Shown: one piece after another, positions 59,783 to 64,000 of the stretch
Layout of the letters: every line of letters starts with the position of its first letter
Numbering within the stretch: the first letter of the stretch is position 1
NCBI GenBank assembly: GCA_039831155.1
Contig: JBDONT010000043.1
Coordinates: forward strand, 128,001-192,000
Direction of reading: 5' to 3'
Source of the DNA: Nautiliaceae bacterium
Lineage (GTDB): Bacteria > Campylobacterota > Campylobacteria > Campylobacterales > Nautiliaceae
DNA length: 64,000 bases
The notes under the pieces: model-generated
What the model was told of the DNA's origin: nothing
Database searches by the model: none
The model's input: only the letters and a program-made list of their open reading frames with translations
Made by a program: the position numbers and the translations under genes

Positions 59783-60504
59783 TCTCCTAGATATTTTAAA
59801 ATTTTTTTTTCTATTTGTTTTTTATTTTCTTTTTTTAGAAAAAAATAATGTTCTCCACTTAACATAATATTTTCACTATTTAATAATTTTGATTGAATCT
59901 CCACTGCCTTTGGAGGTACTGCCGTGTCGTTATTTGCTCCAAATATTATTACTTTTCCTCTATAATTTCTAAAAATTTCTCTAAAATCCTCATCTACTAC
60001 ATTTTTAAACGTTTTATACATATTTTCACTCATTCCTTTTACATCTTCACTTACAAATAAGCTTCTAAACTTAGAAAGCCCCAATTTTTTTAAAAGTTTA
60101 AAAAGTTTTATCTTTAATTTTACACTGAATTTTTTAGGCATTACTATTCCGGCACTTGCCAAAAGAACCAAAATTTGAGGCTTTAAAAGCGTAGCAACCT
60201 TACCACCGAAACTATGTCCTATTATTATGTATTTATCCGCTTTAATTTCACTCAAAAATTTATCCACAATTTTTGCATACTCTTTGGTAGTAAGCACATA
60301 ATCATTACTGCTTTTTCCAAACCCCGGCATATCTACATAAATATGCCTAAAATCTTTAAAACTGTCCTTAAAAGCGTTTTTCATAATCTCTTTATTACTC
60401 CCCCACCCGTGCAAAAACACAATATCCTTTTTATTTGAAGGATTTAAAATATCGTAAGAAATATCGAAAACTTTTCCCTCCACCTCAACTCTTCTAAGAG
60501 CCAC
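59779..60504 (-). CDS. Alpha/beta-fold hydrolase
   Basis: FLHGWG, DMPGFG, GHSFGG; GTG 60504 with GGAG RBS. Confidence 0.9.
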   Translation of the reverse strand: MALRRVEVEGKVFDISYDILNPSNKKDIVFLHGWGSNKEIMKNAFKDSFKDFRHIYVDMPGFGKSSNDYVLTTKEYAKIVDKFLSEIKADKYIIIGHSFGGKVATLLKPQILVLLASAGIVMPKKFSVKLKIKLFKLLKKLGLSKFRSLFVSEDVKGMSENMYKTFKNVVDEDFREIFRNYRGKVIIFGANNDTAVPPKAVEIQSKLLNSENIMLSGEHYFFLKKENKKQIEKKILKYLGD

Positions 60505-60880
60505 TTTTTTCTCCGTATTTAGGAATAAATACAAGGCTTGTAGAATTTATACAGTATCTTATCCCAGTAGGTGCCGGCCCGTCTCCGAAAATATGTCCTA
60601 AATGAGCTTTGCATTTTCCACACATAGCTTCAATCCTTACCATTCCTCCACTAAAATCCGGTGTTTCCAAAATCTCCCCTATAGGTATATAAAAACTAGG
60701 CCAACCGGTTCCACTATCAAACTTATGCTCACTGCTAAAAAGCACAGCCCCACAACATTTACATTTATAAACTCCCGGAGTCTTATTATCCCAATATTCA
60801 TTATCAAAAGCTCTTTCGGTACCTTTTTGACAAATTACATATCTTTCAAATTCACTTAACTCATTTTTACAATCGCACAT
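60494..60880 (-). CDS. msrB: Peptide methionine (R)-S-oxide reductase
   Basis: GTERAF, KFDSGTGWPSF, HLGHIF.DGP, RYCINS. Confidence 0.96.
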   Translation of the reverse strand: MCDCKNELSEFERYVICQKGTERAFDNEYWDNKTPGVYKCKCCGAVLFSSEHKFDSGTGWPSFYIPIGEILETPDFSGGMVRIEAMCGKCKAHLGHIFGDGPAPTGIRYCINSTSLVFIPKYGEKSGS

Positions 60881-60929
60881 ACCTTTCCTTTGATATAATT
60901 TCGAAAATTTTATCCAAAATAGGAGTCAA

Positions 60930-61493
60930 ATGAAAGACTTAAGCTCAATAAACAAACTAATAGAAGCTTTAGAAGAGTTACCAAGTATCGGCAAAAAATC
61001 GGCAACAAGACTAGCCCTTAGCTTAGCAAAAGATAAATTTAAAGCCTTAAAACTTATAAACGCCATAGAAGATGTGGTAACCCATATAAAAGAGTGTGAA
61101 ATATGCGGCAACTTCAGCGAACACGAAATATGTGATATATGTGCCGATGAAAATAGAGAGAAAATATTAGCCGTAGTAGAAAACTCAAAAGATATCTTAA
61201 CCATAGAAGAGTCCGGAAGCTACAGGGGGTATTATTTTGTGTTAAACCATTTAGACGATGAAAACATTCAAAAACTTAGGGAAATCATCCGAGAAAAAAA
61301 CATTAAAGAAATTATTTTCGCTTTTCCTCCTAGTGTTGAGAGTGAAGCCAGAAGTTTATATTTAGAAGACAAACTAAAGGATTTAAACATTGAATTTTCT
61401 CAAATAGCCCAAGGAGTACCGACAGGAGTTCATTTTGAAAATGTAGATATAAACTCTCTCGCAAGTGCTATAAAAAAAAGAGTTAAATTTTAA
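60930..61493 (+). CDS. recR: Recombination mediator RecR
   Basis: LPSIGKKSATRLA, C4 zinc finger, Toprim domain, IAQGVP; TGATATAAT at 60891. Confidence 0.94.
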   Translation: MKDLSSINKLIEALEELPSIGKKSATRLALSLAKDKFKALKLINAIEDVVTHIKECEICGNFSEHEICDICADENREKILAVVENSKDILTIEESGSYRGYYFVLNHLDDENIQKLREIIREKNIKEIIFAFPPSVESEARSLYLEDKLKDLNIEFSQIAQGVPTGVHFENVDINSLASAIKKRVKF

Positions 61494-61508
61494 CCTCATT
61501 TACAAATT

Positions 61509-61893
61509 TTATACCCCATTAACATAATACCACTTATCTTCTTTTAAAAACCTACTCCTCTCTTTCATCACATAATCATCAATATAAGCTCTAAACTCAA
61601 CAAAAGCATCTTTTTCTCCATCAATAAATTCTACAATTTCAAGCTTTTTAAAATTACTATTGCTAAATTCTTTTATAGATTTTTTCCATTCATTGACATC
61701 CGATTTATTATGAAATGAGGAAAAGTTTTATGAGTGGTTTTTAATCGGCGTTTCCTATAGCATAAGCAGAAAACCTATTTTTCATAAGAAGTAAAGCATT
61801 TGGAGCAGTGCCTAGTTTATGCCACTTAAAACAACACTCTTTATATTTTTTCCCACTTCCACAAGGGCATTTTGAATTTTTAGAAATTTTCAT
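61509..61893 (-). pseudogene. ychJ: YchJ family (SEC-C motif) pseudogene
   Basis: [21 protein letters not shown]...LMKNRFSAY..AD* (stop 61741-61743); continues in other frames as KTTH and VEFRAY...ERSRFLKEDKWYYVNG*. Confidence 0.8.
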
Positions 61894-62429
61894 TTTCCTA
61901 CAAACACTTTCAATCTAAAATAAAACTTATCATCCGAAATAGGCACAAACTCATAATTAATTCTCTCACTTCTTGTCGCTATTTCATAAAACCCTATTCC
62001 TCCACCCTTTGCGTGAGTGTTTTTTCCACTTCTTCTGGCTTCTCTGTACATTTTTTTAATCTCTTCTTTAGTGGATGAGGTAATTTCTTTTAGTTTTTGT
62101 TCAATTTTTATCTTATCGTTTTTATCTATAATGTTTTGACTAAAAACATAATAACACCCAAACTCTTCTTTTCCCACAACTATAAACCCTTTCGGGTCAA
62201 ATCCCTCTTTTTCTTTTTGTTTTGAATAATTCATCATATTTTGGGCAAGCTCTATAAAAATAATAAAAATCCTATTGGCAAGTCTCATAGAAAGTTCTGA
62301 AGTTTGAGTTTCTTTCTCCAACGCTTCCGTCATCCCCACAATCAAAGACTGGGTTAAAAACCCTCCGTACGTTAAAAAAACTATCCCGTCGTCTTTTAAA
62401 ATTTTTTCCAAATTTTTTATATCTTACAT
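61890..62429 (-). pseudogene. siaB: SiaB-family kinase, probable nonsense codon at position 2 (intact ORF from TTG 62411)
   Basis: YGGFLTQ, IFIELAQN, GGGIGFYEIA motifs; AAGAGG RBS precedes ATG-TAA, in frame with the ORF. Confidence 0.7.
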
Positions 62430-62443
62430 TTTAACCTCTTAAT

Positions 62444-63207
62444 CTAGGTATCGGCAATTGCCATAATTCTAGCCGGAATAGGTAAATCCTCTTTTTTTAA
62501 TTTTCTAGGATACCCGTCTCCTATTAACGTTTCGTGGTGAGCCCCGGCATAAAGAGGAACGTTTTTTAAATTTTTAGGAAACGGCAACTGTTCTAACATC
62601 TTAATAGTCATCATTACGTGTTCTTGAATTTTAAAAAACTCCTCTTTAGGTCTTGGGATGACTTGTTCTAATTTCGTGGATTCTGTTGTAGATTGTTTCA
62701 AGTTTAGTAGCTTTATCTAAGACAAACTCGGGAGTTACAACCTTAATACAGTCGTGAAGCCAAGCAGGTTCTGCCAACATAATGGCAATTTCGGGTACCC
62801 TTTTACAATGCCCTCCGGTATAAGTGCTTTTAGCGTCAATCACATCGACTATTATTTTTATAAAAGAATCCAAAAGCTTCTTTTGAGCTAATTGCAGCTC
62901 TTTCACTTCTTTTAATTTTCTCTGAAGCTCGTCATACTCTTTTTTTTGCCTTTTATCGGCTCTTGCCATAATTTTTTCATGACGTTTTATATCTTTTATA
63001 AGCTTTTCCATCAAAGATGAAAAGCTTTCGCTTCCATTTTCTTTTTCTTTATCCTTATCTACCAATACAACAAGTCTGATATCCAAATCCTCTATAAAGT
63101 CCTCTCCGGCTTCCTTTGCACTTTCATTTTCTTCATCATAAATCCAGTTAACCACTATTTTATGTTTGTCTTTATATTCATCCAGCAAATCAAAAAAATC
63201 TAAAAAG
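62444..63207 (-). pseudogene. Degraded SiaC::HD-GYP phosphodiesterase fusion
   Basis: FFDLLDE..VNWIYDEENESAKEAGEDFIEDL (SiaC C-half) in frame with DAKSTYTGGHCKRV..WLHD..DKATKLETIYNRIHEIR; second frame HHETLIGDGYP..ARIMAIAD*. Confidence 0.75.
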
Positions 63208-63289
63208 AGGGGAAAAATTATATAAATAATTAATCTAAATTGTAAACAAATATGTCACTGATTTGTCATAAACTAAGAAGAAAGAGTCC

Positions 63290-64000
63290 TTATTGAGACT
63301 CTTTTGATTCTTTTGTAGGCATTTTTGTAGGAGTTTTAGGTCTGTTGAATTTAACCATAATAGTAGATAATTTCTCTTTTAAAGCAGCGAATACGTCTTT
63401 TGTAGATTCATCACCACTTAAGATTTTTTCAAGTTTTTCAATCTCCTCATATAAGTCTTTATAATCGATTTCAACTTTTCCGTATCCTAACGTTTGAGCT
63501 AGTTCTAATTGCTCTTTTGCGTAAGCTAAAAGCTCTTTTAATTCGTCTTTATTCGGATTTTCTTTATTAGCAAGTTCATTTGCTTTTATAATAGTTTGTT
63601 CCGCTCTTAAAATAGGTAGAGGAATTACTATTTTTTCAACTACCAAAGTTTCTAACGCTTCAATCAACAAAACCTTAGCTTCATCAAATTTTTCAGCTTC
63701 AATTAAAGAAATAATAGCTTTTAATACTACCGGATACGTTCCTATAGGAAGTGCAGTTACGTAAATATCCATTTCACTTGCAAGCTGAAGCATTAAATCT
63801 CTTGCAAGCTGAACCTCATCCTCTTTTATCAATCTAACGATTTCACTTTTTACAACTTCAATATCTTCAGGAGTTCCGGGATAATCTACAACTTGTTCTT
63901 TTACATCCACAGGAACCGCTTGTAAATTAGGGTCTCTTGCAATTAAAACCTCTAATTTTCCCAAAGCTTTTGCAATTTCATCAAGAGCTTTATCTTTTTC
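63290..64000 (-). CDS. YfdX-like protein (5' end beyond window)
   Basis: GKLEVLIARDP..VPVDV and LASEMDI..LPIGTYP pattern; reading frame open to the window edge. Confidence 0.7.
   Translation of the reverse strand, partial: EKDKALDEIAKALGKLEVLIARDPNLQAVPVDVKEQVVDYPGTPEDIEVVKSEIVRLIKEDEVQLARDLMLQLASEMDIYVTALPIGTYPVVLKAIISLIEAEKFDEAKVLLIEALETLVVEKIVIPLPILRAEQTIIKANELANKENPNKDELKELLAYAKEQLELAQTLGYGKVEIDYKDLYEEIEKLEKILSGDESTKDVFAALKEKLSTIMVKFNRPKTPTKMPTKESKESQ

Noticed and set aside
392-61204. Many short ORF-track entries antisense to or nested in core genes (e.g. 860-1228, 4925-5350, 30115-30633, 58278-58658)
   Set aside because: Shadow ORFs fully overlapping well-supported genes, with no recognisable motifs
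1-64000. CRISPR array, rRNA, intact prophage or integrase
   Set aside because: No regularly spaced repeats, rRNA-like sequence or such ORFs seen
1-64000. Apparent excess of CCGG and scarcity of GATC
   Set aside because: Impression only; needs k-mer statistics against a codon-aware background

Overview
AT-rich bacterial chromosome segment. Gene content, TGnTATAAT promoters, tRNA-Arg(GCG) and gene order point to Campylobacterota, probably a vent Nautiliaceae-like organism (inference). It is mostly core genes (uvrC, nadB, guaA, ftsAZ, secA, dapA, pyrD, cysS, murJ, ruvA, ddl, murF, recR). It appears to span the replication terminus: there is a classical XerCD-type dif site at 47867-47894, where GC skew reverses by eye. 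The most notable locus is at the left edge. A Tat-exported NiFe hydrogenase (large subunit with no C-terminal maturation peptide, small subunit with no membrane anchor) is tightly coupled to a chemoreceptor carrying two CxxCH heme-c motifs, which makes it a candidate periplasmic H2-chemotaxis system. Other accessory elements: a Ni-free Ehr (Hyf-like) complex interrupted by a ~250-bp highly structured element; a decayed SiaC::HD-GYP fusion/siaB/ychJ cluster; an IS256 plus phage lysozyme relic between 6S RNA and tRNA-Arg; a toxin-antitoxin relic; and two small genes missing from the ORF track.
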